Source of the DNA: an uncultured Gammaproteobacteria bacterium
GTDB taxonomy: Bacteria > Patescibacteriota > Microgenomatia > UBA10105 > UBA927
Reading direction: 5' to 3'
NCBI GenBank assembly: GCA_964358845.1
Contig: CAYHQC010000002.1
Span: forward strand, 1 to 32,537
Length of the DNA: 32,537 nt
The position numbers and the translations under genes are program-made. Position 1 is the stretch's first letter, and each line of letters begins with the position of its first letter. The notes under the pieces are model-generated. The model saw only the letters and a list, made by a program, of their open reading frames with translations. It had not been told where the DNA came from and did no database searches. Positions 17,901 through 27,390 of the stretch are shown here, one piece after another.

Positions 17901-19076
17901 CTAATATATAGAACGGATAGTCCTTATGAACGTCTTCTCAAATATCTTTTGCCATGTAAACGTGCGCGCCTGCTCTCTTGCTGCCTTCTTAGCTCTCAAA
18001 AGCGCATTTGTATCGGAAAGAATAGTGACTATCGCACGAGCTATATCTTGATGATTATATGGTACTACAACAGCCACTCCAGATTTCATGAGAGATTTCG
18101 CATTATAGGAAACATCGGTCATCAATACCGGTACGCCACAAGATAGATACGTTTTTATCTTTGTAGGGTCTGCATAGTAGCTAAAATTTGTCGTATCTCT
18201 CCCGCTTGGCATATACGTAGCCAAAGCTATATCTGATTTTATAATTTCTTTTTGTATGGCTGCTTGGTCAGATTGCCATCCCATAAACTGCACATGTTTT
18301 TCTAAAGATAGCGATTCCACAAGTTCCCGAAGCGGCTGTTCATACTCTCCACCGCCTATGATCGTAAACGAGACTTTTGGCAACTTCTTAAGTACAGCGG
18401 GGATTGCACGAATTACCTCCTGAACCCCTTGTTTTTCAAGCAAATGCCCGACAAAAATAAGTCGATACTCATTTTTGGCTTTTATTTTTTTTACAATATC
18501 TTTTTCCCAAACGCCTATTGGTACGACGATTTGTTTATCCCTCGTGGTTTTGAGTCCTAAAAATTTTTTTCTTCCTTCTTCTATGCGGGGCGATACATTC
18601 CAACATGTATCAGAGTATCTGATCGCAAAACACTCCATACTATGATAGATATAATTAATCAATGCATTACTACTTCGCTTTGGACTAAAATCAATCGCAT
18701 AAAATATCACTCTGTCGACAATTCCAAAAACGCGAAGCAGTACCCCGACACAAGCATTTAACGGATTAACACCTATGTAAAGATATGAGGCTTTTGGTAA
18801 TTTCGCACATGCAATAATTGTCACAAGTGCATCGCGAAAAAATGCTGTTACCGATCCGGCAGACATTCGCTTCACGCTTTTTGTATGGACGTTGCTTCCT
18901 TTTCTATACACACGTTGGGTATACGTAGAATTTTCTGCGAGTAAGGGATGACCTATGTATATAAGTGACTGTATTTTTTGAAAAATAAGATAATCACAAA
19001 GAGCTTCTGACGCACCATAAAAAAGCGTATGCGTCACTATGATGACGTGTTGAGGAGTATTTAGGCGACTTTGCAT
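17901..19076 (-). CDS. GT-B fold (GT4-like) glycosyltransferase
   Basis: [19 protein letters not shown]...[10 protein letters not shown]...[20 protein letters not shown]. Paralogue of 15276..16382. Confidence 0.7.
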   Translation of the reverse strand: MQSRLNTPQHVIIVTHTLFYGASEALCDYLIFQKIQSLIYIGHPLLAENSTYTQRVYRKGSNVHTKSVKRMSAGSVTAFFRDALVTIIACAKLPKASYLYIGVNPLNACVGVLLRVFGIVDRVIFYAIDFSPKRSSNALINYIYHSMECFAIRYSDTCWNVSPRIEEGRKKFLGLKTTRDKQIVVPIGVWEKDIVKKIKAKNEYRLIFVGHLLEKQGVQEVIRAIPAVLKKLPKVSFTIIGGGEYEQPLRELVESLSLEKHVQFMGWQSDQAAIQKEIIKSDIALATYMPSGRDTTNFSYYADPTKIKTYLSCGVPVLMTDVSYNAKSLMKSGVAVVVPYNHQDIARAIVTILSDTNALLRAKKAAREQARTFTWQKIFEKTFIRTIRSIY

Positions 19077-20107
19077 ATATCTTCTAAAATACGGTCGCCA
19101 TCATAGGTATACTGCCATTTCGGATAGTGTGACTGAAATTTAGATACATCAGATATGTACCAAATATGATCACCAACCCGCGGTGTATCGACGTACGTTA
19201 TCTTAGCCCTCTTGCCGACAATGGATTCTATCTTTGCCACTGCCTCTAGAATAGAAATATTGGAGTGTCGTGATCCACCAATATTATATACTTCTCCCAC
19301 TCGTGGCTTTTTATATACTTCATAAAATGCAGAAATGAGGTCGTGAGAGTGAATATTGTCTCGCACCTGTTTGCCTTTATATCCGATAATCGAATACTCA
19401 CGTTCTTCTTTAATGCATTTGATTAGATATGCCAAGAAACCATGAAGTTTGGCTGCTGAATGAGCGGGGCCAGTGAGACACCCGCCACGAAAAATAACTG
19501 TATGAAGACCAAAATAACGCCCATATTCCTGTACCATGAGGTCAGCTGCTGATTTGGATACGCCAAAAACACTGTGTGTACACTGATCTATACTCATCGT
19601 CTCATCTATTCCTTTATAAAATTTATGAGACGGAGGTAATTCATACCGAGAAGCCTTCTCTATGACGGGCAACTGATTGGGTGTGTCGCCATAGACTTTA
19701 TTGGTGGAAGTAAATATAAATGTTGCGTCTTTTGCATATTTTCGAAGATTTTCAAGAAGAATAAGTGTAGCAACAGCATTGATAGAAAAATCAGTAAGCG
19801 GTTCTTTGGCGGCCCAATCATGAGATGGTTGCGCTGCAGCATGAATAATGAGATCAAACCGATTTGCTTTAAAAATATCGCCAATCTTTTTCTCATCGCG
19901 TATATCTACCGTATGATGCACATACAAATGCTCTTCTTTGGACAGTTTTTTTCTCATCCAGCTCGTATCGCCATCTACACCAAAAAAATATTTGCGCATA
20001 TTATTATCTATTCCATGCACTTCAAATCCTTTACCACAAAAAAATCGAACAGCTTCAGATCCTATAAGACCTGCTGAACCGGTAATCAATACTTTTTTCT
20101 TCTTCAT
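19061..20107 (-). CDS. NAD-dependent sugar epimerase/dehydratase (extended SDR, CDP-paratose 2-epimerase family-like)
   Basis: [45 protein letters not shown] and [11 protein letters not shown], shared with the 26365..27390 product. Confidence 0.75.
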   Translation of the reverse strand: MKKKKVLITGSAGLIGSEAVRFFCGKGFEVHGIDNNMRKYFFGVDGDTSWMRKKLSKEEHLYVHHTVDIRDEKKIGDIFKANRFDLIIHAAAQPSHDWAAKEPLTDFSINAVATLILLENLRKYAKDATFIFTSTNKVYGDTPNQLPVIEKASRYELPPSHKFYKGIDETMSIDQCTHSVFGVSKSAADLMVQEYGRYFGLHTVIFRGGCLTGPAHSAAKLHGFLAYLIKCIKEEREYSIIGYKGKQVRDNIHSHDLISAFYEVYKKPRVGEVYNIGGSRHSNISILEAVAKIESIVGKRAKITYVDTPRVGDHIWYISDVSKFQSHYPKWQYTYDGDRILEDICKVA

Positions 20108-21123
20108 GATATATTTTGCTCTTTTTTATACCAATCAATTGTTTTTTTGAGCCCATCGACTAATTTTGTTTGTGCACGAAAGCCAATTTTATCTATCGCT
20201 TTTGTATTGTCACTATTGCGTCTCGGGCTTCCATCAGGCTTTAATGTATCGAATTCAATGTTTATCTTCTTTCCTGATATGGAAACAATCATTTCCACCA
20301 AGTCCTTTATCGATACTTCTTCATTAGTTCCTATATTAATTGGGTCTGCTACGGGATATTTGTCTATGGCGTCAATGAGACCCTTGGCAAAGTCCTCAAC
20401 ATACAAAAATGCTCTTGTCTGGTTGCCAGATCCCCACACTCTCAATGGATTCTCTCCATCAAACACTCGTTTGATAAGTGCGGGTATCACGTGAGACTTC
20501 TCTGGATCGAAATGATCACGAGGTCCATATGCATTATATGGCCTCACAATTCCCACTTTCATTCCATACTGCTGACTATAATACATTCCTAGCTTTTCTG
20601 CCATGCGTTTAGCCCATCCATACCCGCCGTTGGTCGGCTCTGGCTCTCGTAAAAATCCTTCTGATTCGGCAGTAGGAATTTTCGCATCTGCAGGATAAAT
20701 GCAGGCTGACGATACAACCAAGAATCGTTCAACGTTTGTGCATCTTGCCGCTTCAATCATGACAGAGGCAATTTTTAAGTTATCAAAAAGCATCGTGGCC
20801 TGATGCGTGCTGTTGTACTCGATGCCCCCGACACTTGCGGCAAGATTCATAACCACCTGTTGATTCTCACATGCCTGTTGTGCATCTTGTTCGTTGGTAC
20901 AATTTCCGGGTAGTAATATAATTTTATCTTTAAGATAATCAATATTTTTCACAATTCCATCACTCATACGATCAAAAACCGTTACTCTCGCGCCGAGTGC
21001 TATCAACTGCTCCACTACATGACTTCCTATAAAGCCAGTACCACCCGTCACGAGCACCTTTTTTTTATTCCAGAAGATATTATTTATTGATTGTGGCATA
21101 AATATGTATTTTCCAAGCGCCAA
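20104..21123 (-). CDS. NAD(P)-dependent sugar epimerase/reductase (GDP-fucose synthase / GDP-mannose 3,5-epimerase-like SDR)
   Basis: [30 protein letters not shown] and RPYNAYGP. An alternative start at 21099 is possible. Confidence 0.72.
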   Translation of the reverse strand: MALGKYIFMPQSINNIFWNKKKVLVTGGTGFIGSHVVEQLIALGARVTVFDRMSDGIVKNIDYLKDKIILLPGNCTNEQDAQQACENQQVVMNLAASVGGIEYNSTHQATMLFDNLKIASVMIEAARCTNVERFLVVSSACIYPADAKIPTAESEGFLREPEPTNGGYGWAKRMAEKLGMYYSQQYGMKVGIVRPYNAYGPRDHFDPEKSHVIPALIKRVFDGENPLRVWGSGNQTRAFLYVEDFAKGLIDAIDKYPVADPINIGTNEEVSIKDLVEMIVSISGKKINIEFDTLKPDGSPRRNSDNTKAIDKIGFRAQTKLVDGLKKTIDWYKKEQNIS

Positions 21124-21958
21124 AACTCGTATGCTTTCCTGCCTCTATTTCCCACCCTCTCACCCGACCGACAAGTCCCGTAATTCTCATCCATACATTT
21201 CTAGCGATAGAAAACAGATCTCTCGATTTTTTGCCACTTACCTGCATCTTCACAACCCCTTGATCGTTATATTTTTGGGCCTGATGTTTACCGACAACGA
21301 GTTCCAAAAGCTCTTTGGGTAAAAAATATAGAAAAATATTACTGAGTTGATAAAGCCAATGTTCACTGTACGTTTGTCTATTCACATGAAACCCGTGCTT
21401 TTTCAACATAGTAAGAACTGATGCATGAGTAAACTCAGGGTGAACGTGCCCCCAATGCTTAAAGGTCAGTCTCCCGAAACCGATCTTCGGAAACAACCAC
21501 GTATACGTCATGGGTTGATTTTCACAAGGAACCAGTAGAAAAAACTTTCCATTTTGTTTGAGAATCCGTCTTATCTCCTTCAAAAAAAAATTAACATCTG
21601 GCACATGCTCCATGACGTCCAAACAAATACACGCATCAAATGTAGAGTCTTTATACGGAAATTTTTTACCCTTTAAGACATCATAGGTCGCTTTCCCACT
21701 TCCAAACTTTTTTGCATATGCAATTGCAGTTTTCGAAATATCGCATCCAAATACCTTCACGCCGCGATAGTAATACGGTAGGCTTTCAGTAATTATGCCC
21801 CCACCGCAGCCGATGTCTAAAAGCTTTCCTTTTTTGAGTTTTAAAGCCTCTGCCATGCGTTTAAGCCGATAATCATCCTGAAATGTTCTTTTATAATTAT
21901 TGCGCTTCTTTGAAAAGGCACCCATAAATATTTCTTCGTAGTTAAATGCGTGGTTCAT
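21080..21958 (-). CDS. class I SAM-dependent methyltransferase
   Basis: SAM motif LLDIGCGGGIITE and post-motif ICLDVMEHVPD...LKQNGKFFLLVP. Confidence 0.8.
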   Translation of the reverse strand: MNHAFNYEEIFMGAFSKKRNNYKRTFQDDYRLKRMAEALKLKKGKLLDIGCGGGIITESLPYYYRGVKVFGCDISKTAIAYAKKFGSGKATYDVLKGKKFPYKDSTFDACICLDVMEHVPDVNFFLKEIRRILKQNGKFFLLVPCENQPMTYTWLFPKIGFGRLTFKHWGHVHPEFTHASVLTMLKKHGFHVNRQTYSEHWLYQLSNIFLYFLPKELLELVVGKHQAQKYNDQGVVKMQVSGKKSRDLFSIARNVWMRITGLVGRVRGWEIEAGKHTSFGAWKIHIYATINK

Positions 21959-21965
21959 AGATATA

Positions 21966-23147
21966 TTAAAGGGAAGTAAAAATACGCACGATTGTTGTCA
22001 TTTCTTTTTTGATCATATCAGGATTATTACCAAAATACAGTCCTTGCTCGTGAACCAAACGGGCATTCTTTATATATGACCGGAGAGCCCCCTTCATATA
22101 TTTTTTGAAAAATGGTTGCTTGGTCATGTCGCCTCCTACCACAGGTCGTATTTCTACTTTACCGTCACACGCTTCTACCAGCGCGTCACGAATTTTCTGC
22201 GATCTACAAATCACCGATACGGCAAAATTAGAGACTCTATCAATATGATCGTATCTTATGGGATAAAATAAATCCGTTCTGGTATAAATTTGTTTTGCCA
22301 TAAACAAAAAGTTACGTTCTCGTTTCTTTATAATAGTAGGCAGATAGCGGATCTGATTGTTTCCCAAAAATCCCTGAATTTCTGTCGTTCTCAAGTTATA
22401 CCCCAAATCATAAAATGTGTATCGGGAATAAAAGGTAGAATTCACATCGTGTTTTACTCTCAAAAATAATTGTTTATCTTCCGTCAAATTACGATCCCAC
22501 CCATGTGCACGTACTAGATGAAGCATGGTCATAAGTTCTTCGTCATCCGTCACGACTGCACCGCCCTCAACGGTCGACATATGATGACCAACATAGAATG
22601 AAAATGTACTCGCCAGTCCCCAATTACCAAGCTTTATGCCTTTATATACTGTGCCCAATGACTCACAATTGTCTTCAATAAATATAATTTTGTGTTGTTT
22701 ACACAATCGGGCTATGGCATCTATATCATCACAAAATCCCAAGAGATTGGTAAGAAATAACATTTTTATCTTGCTTTTTTTGAGAACCTCTTCTAGCGTG
22801 CGTTTGGAAATATTAAGGGTATCAAGCTCTATATCGATGGCGATAGGATTTAGACCTAATTGTATAAGCGGCATTACGTTGGTCGACCACGTCAACGCGG
22901 AGAATCCAACTGCATCTCCCTTTTTAATCCGACCTAAATTAAGAAGTGCTTGAATGAGAGCTAAATTCGCTGAACTCCCACTGTTTACAAAGAGACAATG
23001 TTTGCGATCCTGATAATTCGAAAATTTCTGTTCGAATTTACGACATTGTTCACCAATGCTTAATTTATCTGCTTTCAGGATAAACTTACACAAAAGTTTT
23101 TTTGTGTTCTTTTCGTTATAAAATGTAGATTTAATAAGTGGAATCAT
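21966..23147 (-). CDS. ColD-type PLP-dependent NDP-4-keto-6-deoxyhexose 3-dehydratase
   Basis: 393 aa DegT-fold protein. EDNCESLG, FSFYVGHHMSTVEGG (His188/His189 where aminotransferases carry Lys) and VRAHGWDRNL parallel ColD (EDNCESMG, FYSHHIATMEGG, IRAHGWTRNL as I recall it). No CxC Fe-S motif. Confidence 0.78.
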   Translation of the reverse strand: MIPLIKSTFYNEKNTKKLLCKFILKADKLSIGEQCRKFEQKFSNYQDRKHCLFVNSGSSANLALIQALLNLGRIKKGDAVGFSALTWSTNVMPLIQLGLNPIAIDIELDTLNISKRTLEEVLKKSKIKMLFLTNLLGFCDDIDAIARLCKQHKIIFIEDNCESLGTVYKGIKLGNWGLASTFSFYVGHHMSTVEGGAVVTDDEELMTMLHLVRAHGWDRNLTEDKQLFLRVKHDVNSTFYSRYTFYDLGYNLRTTEIQGFLGNNQIRYLPTIIKKRERNFLFMAKQIYTRTDLFYPIRYDHIDRVSNFAVSVICRSQKIRDALVEACDGKVEIRPVVGGDMTKQPFFKKYMKGALRSYIKNARLVHEQGLYFGNNPDMIKKEMTTIVRIFTSL

Positions 23148-23148
23148 A

Positions 23149-24084
23149 CTATTTTCCTTGTTCTCTTTTATACCATTCGTACGTTTTCAACAAGCCTCTA
23201 TCCAAAGTAGTTCGCGGCATCCATTTCATGGACCTTCTCATTTTATCCCACGAAACAACTTGACTTAATAATTCTTCCTCTCTTCCATCCTCAGTCTTAT
23301 CAATGCATAATTCTTTTGAACTCATACCAATAATTTTGGTCATTAAGTCTCTGACGGATATTGGCTTCCCTGTTCCTATATTGTAAATTCTGTTTTTCTC
23401 GAGCTGCACATCAGTAATTTGACCAAGCATGCTATACGCTCGTATTGCATCATCTATATACAAATATTCTCGTTTCGCGTTTCCTCCCCACATGATAGGA
23501 TTTTTGCCGTTCACGACACTTTGCATGGTCTTGGGAATCACGCGTGAAAAATTCAGATCGCCCGGACCGTAAATATTTACAAATCGTGGAATTAAAACTG
23601 GCAGATTGAAGCTATCTGCATAGGACTGCGCGATAAGGTCTACACAGGTCTTTGATGTTTCGTAAGGCCTTGACGGTCGTGGTGGCTCATCTTCACGATA
23701 CGGCAGTGGCGCTGCCCCATACACATGGGATGTAGAAGCAATGATAATGCGATGTATATTATAACTTCTGGAAATCTCTAAGACATTTAACGCACTGGTA
23801 ATATTATTGTTAAATGTCCCGTACGGCTCTTTCGAACCTGACTCGACGAGTGCTTCACTGGCTAAATGAAAACACGCATCAGGTTTAAATTGTTTAAACA
23901 CTGCCAATAGTTCATTTTTATTGGCGACATCAACTTTTTTTTCTATCGTAGAATTATACGGGTGTCTTGATAGACCAAGTATCTTTGATTTTTTTCCCAA
24001 AAGATAGGAAACCAGATGTCTCCCGATAAATCCACTTGATCCGGTGATAAGTACGCGACTATTTTCCCAAGATTGTATTTGCAT
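23149..24084 (-). CDS. NDP-sugar 4,6-dehydratase/epimerase SDR; paralogue of 12554..13537
   Basis: VLITGSSGFIGRH, YETSK and FVNIYGPGDLNFSRVIPK (compare FGNIFGPGDLNASRIIPG in the RfbG-like protein). Confidence 0.72.
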   Translation of the reverse strand: MQIQSWENSRVLITGSSGFIGRHLVSYLLGKKSKILGLSRHPYNSTIEKKVDVANKNELLAVFKQFKPDACFHLASEALVESGSKEPYGTFNNNITSALNVLEISRSYNIHRIIIASTSHVYGAAPLPYREDEPPRPSRPYETSKTCVDLIAQSYADSFNLPVLIPRFVNIYGPGDLNFSRVIPKTMQSVVNGKNPIMWGGNAKREYLYIDDAIRAYSMLGQITDVQLEKNRIYNIGTGKPISVRDLMTKIIGMSSKELCIDKTEDGREEELLSQVVSWDKMRRSMKWMPRTTLDRGLLKTYEWYKREQGK

Positions 24085-24119
24085 ATAAACTCTTCTTGCC
24101 GAGTTTGTCCCGCGGCGGG

Positions 24120-25199
24120 CTAAATCGGCTTAGAAGTTGTTACACCCATTGCAATTCCTATTGCTTTAAGGTGCACGGTTATTTGGTGCCTTATTATAAC
24201 CCAACTATAGATAAAAACGAATCCCACACCCATCAGAGGGTGCAAAAACCATGCTCTGTCTCGAATTTTTATCCAACCTCTCAAGCTATCATAGAAAGGA
24301 ACAATGAGTGTGACACAATAAAAAATCGCCAGTACCAGACGCCAGAGTTCTTTCTTTGTAAATATTTCGTATCGTCGAACACGCTTTCGTTCAAGTGATT
24401 TCTCACCCATGTGATACTGATTCATAAACAGCATTCTTCGTTTTAGATAAGACCATATGTTTCCATATCCAGTTAAATGCAAAATTGCATCATCGACAAA
24501 TGCATAGGTATCAAACCCATTCTTAATAAGATCTACATTTACATCCATGTCAAAATACTTTCCGGGAGTCGCTTGTGCATTGTCCATAAGAATCTCACGA
24601 CGCACAATGAACCCATTAGCACCTACGGTTGGAATTCTATTTTCTGAAAATTTTATAATATAATATCCATTATCAGAAATAACCTCCCCCGCCAAATTGT
24701 AACGATCAAACATATAGGAAAGCCGGTCTGATCTGCCTAAATACCATACAAAGGGATCTCCCGTTCCAAAAAGCGCAAAATATCGATCAAGCAAGCTTTC
24801 CTTCTTATCATACTGATACCTAAGCGTCTCAACACCTACTATATTTTTGTTTTCAACAAATGGTCGCACCATTTTAGAAAGCCACTGTGCATGCGGCAAT
24901 ACGTTATCGTGATCTATCATCGCAAGAAGTTCATTCTTTGCATTTTTTATACCTATACTTTTGTTATATTCTGCATTTTGTTTCTTTGGATCAATGGTGT
25001 AAATACGCGCATTATATTTTTTAGCTATAGAAAGGGTGGTGTCTATAGAACCTCCGTCAACGACGATAATTTCAATATTTTGTTGGGGATAGTTTTGTGT
25101 TCGAATACTTTGCAAACATCGTTCTATGGTACGAATAGAATTATATGTTGCAGTTACTATGGATATGGTGGGAAGATGATTAGTGTGTTTCATACCCAA
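24120..25199 (-). CDS. GT2-family glycosyltransferase with C-terminal TM segments; paralogue of 9679..10701
   Basis: ISIVTATYNS, VVDGGSIDTT and DHDN. It shares WLxxMVxPF, YFALxGxxDP and PTxGxNGxxVR with the 340-aa GT2. Confidence 0.8.
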   Translation of the reverse strand: MGMKHTNHLPTISIVTATYNSIRTIERCLQSIRTQNYPQQNIEIIVVDGGSIDTTLSIAKKYNARIYTIDPKKQNAEYNKSIGIKNAKNELLAMIDHDNVLPHAQWLSKMVRPFVENKNIVGVETLRYQYDKKESLLDRYFALFGTGDPFVWYLGRSDRLSYMFDRYNLAGEVISDNGYYIIKFSENRIPTVGANGFIVRREILMDNAQATPGKYFDMDVNVDLIKNGFDTYAFVDDAILHLTGYGNIWSYLKRRMLFMNQYHMGEKSLERKRVRRYEIFTKKELWRLVLAIFYCVTLIVPFYDSLRGWIKIRDRAWFLHPLMGVGFVFIYSWVIIRHQITVHLKAIGIAMGVTTSKPI

Positions 25200-26301
25200 A
25201 AAGTAGCGAAGAAAAAATTTGATACGATTTATCCCAATTAAACGATTTACTACGTCGCATAGCGTTTTTTCCTAACGTAGTTGATTGTGCTCTATCACTA
25301 ATCAGAGATAGTATTTGATTAGCAAATCCGTCCGCTGATATGTCGTAATCCACAACAATTCCAGTTTTATTATGTTCGACTGCGTCTATAAGTCCCGTAA
25401 CTGACGTGACAATTGATGGTGTACTGCACGCAGCCGCTTCCGTCACCACCATGCCCCACCCTTCTTTTACTGAGGGTAAAAGAAGTGCCCATGCTTGCTG
25501 CATGAGCTTCACCTTTGCATCCTTCGGGTCTTTATCAAAATAGAGTGTATTTTTGTTCACCAAGTAAACGTTTTTTTCTAAGCCATATTTTTGTATCATA
25601 TCTTCTAATTTATTCTCCATAGGTCCATACCCAACGATTGCAAGTTTTGCCTTAGGATACTTTTTTACAACAACTCGCATAGCTTCCACACACAAGTCCG
25701 GCCGTTTCATGGATGTCAAACGAGCGACAAAAAGAAAAAGCGGATCTTTTGATTTCTCCCCTGGTTTATACCGATTATGATCTACTCCGAGCGGAAATAC
25801 AGAAATATTTTTTTCCGGTATGCCAAATGTCCCTAAATCTTTTTTTGTACTTGGGGCATAACAAAAAACTTTTGTGTCCCTGTATGTAAGATACTCAATC
25901 CGTTCTAATGCATATGCTATGTAGGATAATGGAAAAGGAAGTTCATAAAAAAATACCTCTTTGGCCAACTGGTTCACCAACATGACTCGATTATATTTTG
26001 GAATATACAACGGTGTCTGCCAACAAATTGTATTGATGCAGTCTATTACCTTATCTGGCTTGTTCGTTAAAGATTGATAATATCGATAGGCTTCCCAGTA
26101 AACAGTAATCTTAGTACCTCGACGAATAATCTCGATCCCGTCATATATATCATATTCTCTTGCACCAACAAAAGAGCGACAAAACCATATCACATGGTGT
26201 CCATCTGCTACTAATCTTTTAGCTAACTCATACACGATTATTTCAGCGCCTCCAACATCGGGATTTTTCAGATCCTTCCAATTAAGAATTAAAATATTCA
26301 T
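25180..26301 (-). CDS. GT4-family glycosyltransferase
   Basis: MNILILNWKDLKNPDVGGAEI at the N-terminus, then EGWGMVVTEAAACSTPSIVT...GLIDAVEHNKTG (E-x7-E region). Confidence 0.8.
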   Translation of the reverse strand: MNILILNWKDLKNPDVGGAEIIVYELAKRLVADGHHVIWFCRSFVGAREYDIYDGIEIIRRGTKITVYWEAYRYYQSLTNKPDKVIDCINTICWQTPLYIPKYNRVMLVNQLAKEVFFYELPFPLSYIAYALERIEYLTYRDTKVFCYAPSTKKDLGTFGIPEKNISVFPLGVDHNRYKPGEKSKDPLFLFVARLTSMKRPDLCVEAMRVVVKKYPKAKLAIVGYGPMENKLEDMIQKYGLEKNVYLVNKNTLYFDKDPKDAKVKLMQQAWALLLPSVKEGWGMVVTEAAACSTPSIVTSVTGLIDAVEHNKTGIVVDYDISADGFANQILSLISDRAQSTTLGKNAMRRSKSFNWDKSYQIFSSLLFGYETH

Positions 26302-26364
26302 AACAATCTATACGAAGAATCACAGTGCCAATATGCAATATAAAACTATTTTTGCAGTATACAA

Positions 26365-27390
26365 TCAGTGAAATAGAGCTTTATGCCCAGTGATCCACTC
26401 GTAAAGCCTTTTCACCCCATCTTCAACAGAAATTGTTGGTTCCCAATCAAACTCTGCTTTTGCTTTTCGAATATCTGCCACAAACACTTTTTGATCTCCT
26501 GGCCGCCAATCGTGAAACGCAGGTACAATTTTACGCCCAAATAGTTTTTCAAGCATCGGACCGAACTCGAACCACACGGACATGACGTTTTTGTATCCGC
26601 CGCCTATATTATAAATACCACCGCGCGTCTTCTCACCTGCTATAAATGCCATATCATACGCCGCTATCAAATCATCTACATACAGAAGGTCACGAACCTG
26701 TTTACCATCTCCGTAAATCGAAAGAGGTATTCCTGTCGCAAGTGCGATAATAAACCATGCGACCCACCCTTGATCCTCAACGCCAAATTGTCGTGGACCA
26801 TAGATGCATGATTGTCGCATAACCACGGTATCAAGCCCGTATATCCTTCCATAATCGTGCACATATTGATCTGCAGATCCTTTAGAGCAACCATAAGGAG
26901 AATGAAAATCTAATCCCCTTTCCTCACTGACCCCAAATAGAAGATCTTTGTATGCATAATGCGTCGCTTCTTCAATAACTGTGACGTCTTCCATACCACC
27001 ATACACTTTATTCGTCGATGAATAGATAAATTTAGCTTTACTTCCCGATAACCGCATCGTTTCAAGAATATTGAAAGTACCCAAAGCGTTGATATCAAAA
27101 TCTTCACGAGGATTGGTGACAGACGTCGTTACTGCCACTTGAGCGGCTAAATGTAAAATAAGATCAGCGGATGTAAACGCTTCTTTTACTTTATTTAAAT
27201 CTTGGACTGATCGAATATCACCAACTATGGTGTCAAGTTTTCCCCCAAGAGTTTTTAACCATGAAAGATTTTTCTCAGCACCCTTTCTAGAGAGATTATC
27301 AAAAATCGTAACTGACGCGCCCTTTTTCAGGTAATACGCAGCCGCGTTACTCCCGATAAATCCAGCTCCCCCAGTAATACATACGTTCAT
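26365..27390 (-). CDS. CDP-paratose 2-epimerase (tyvelose epimerase)-like SDR
   Basis: Near-colinear with tyvelose epimerase as I recall it: ITGGAGFIGSN, FDNLSRKGAEKNLSWL, SSTNKVYG, LDFHSPYGCSKGSADQY, DQGWVAWF, GDGKQVRD, DQKVFVADIRKA. Confidence 0.78.
   Translation of the reverse strand: MNVCITGGAGFIGSNAAAYYLKKGASVTIFDNLSRKGAEKNLSWLKTLGGKLDTIVGDIRSVQDLNKVKEAFTSADLILHLAAQVAVTTSVTNPREDFDINALGTFNILETMRLSGSKAKFIYSSTNKVYGGMEDVTVIEEATHYAYKDLLFGVSEERGLDFHSPYGCSKGSADQYVHDYGRIYGLDTVVMRQSCIYGPRQFGVEDQGWVAWFIIALATGIPLSIYGDGKQVRDLLYVDDLIAAYDMAFIAGEKTRGGIYNIGGGYKNVMSVWFEFGPMLEKLFGRKIVPAFHDWRPGDQKVFVADIRKAKAEFDWEPTISVEDGVKRLYEWITGHKALFH

Noticed and set aside
24108-24122. GC-rich patch CCCGCGGCGGG overlapping the GT2 stop, considered as an intrinsic terminator.
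   Set aside because: Only a 4-bp stem with a 3-nt loop is possible, and no U-tract follows. The next gene starts 35 nt later, so read-through is more likely.
26302-26364. Possible promoter (TTGTAT, 16 nt, TATATT) in the 63-nt gap before the GT4 gene.
   Set aside because: The -35 matches only 3 of 6 positions, and such hexamers are frequent in AT-rich sequence. Not called.
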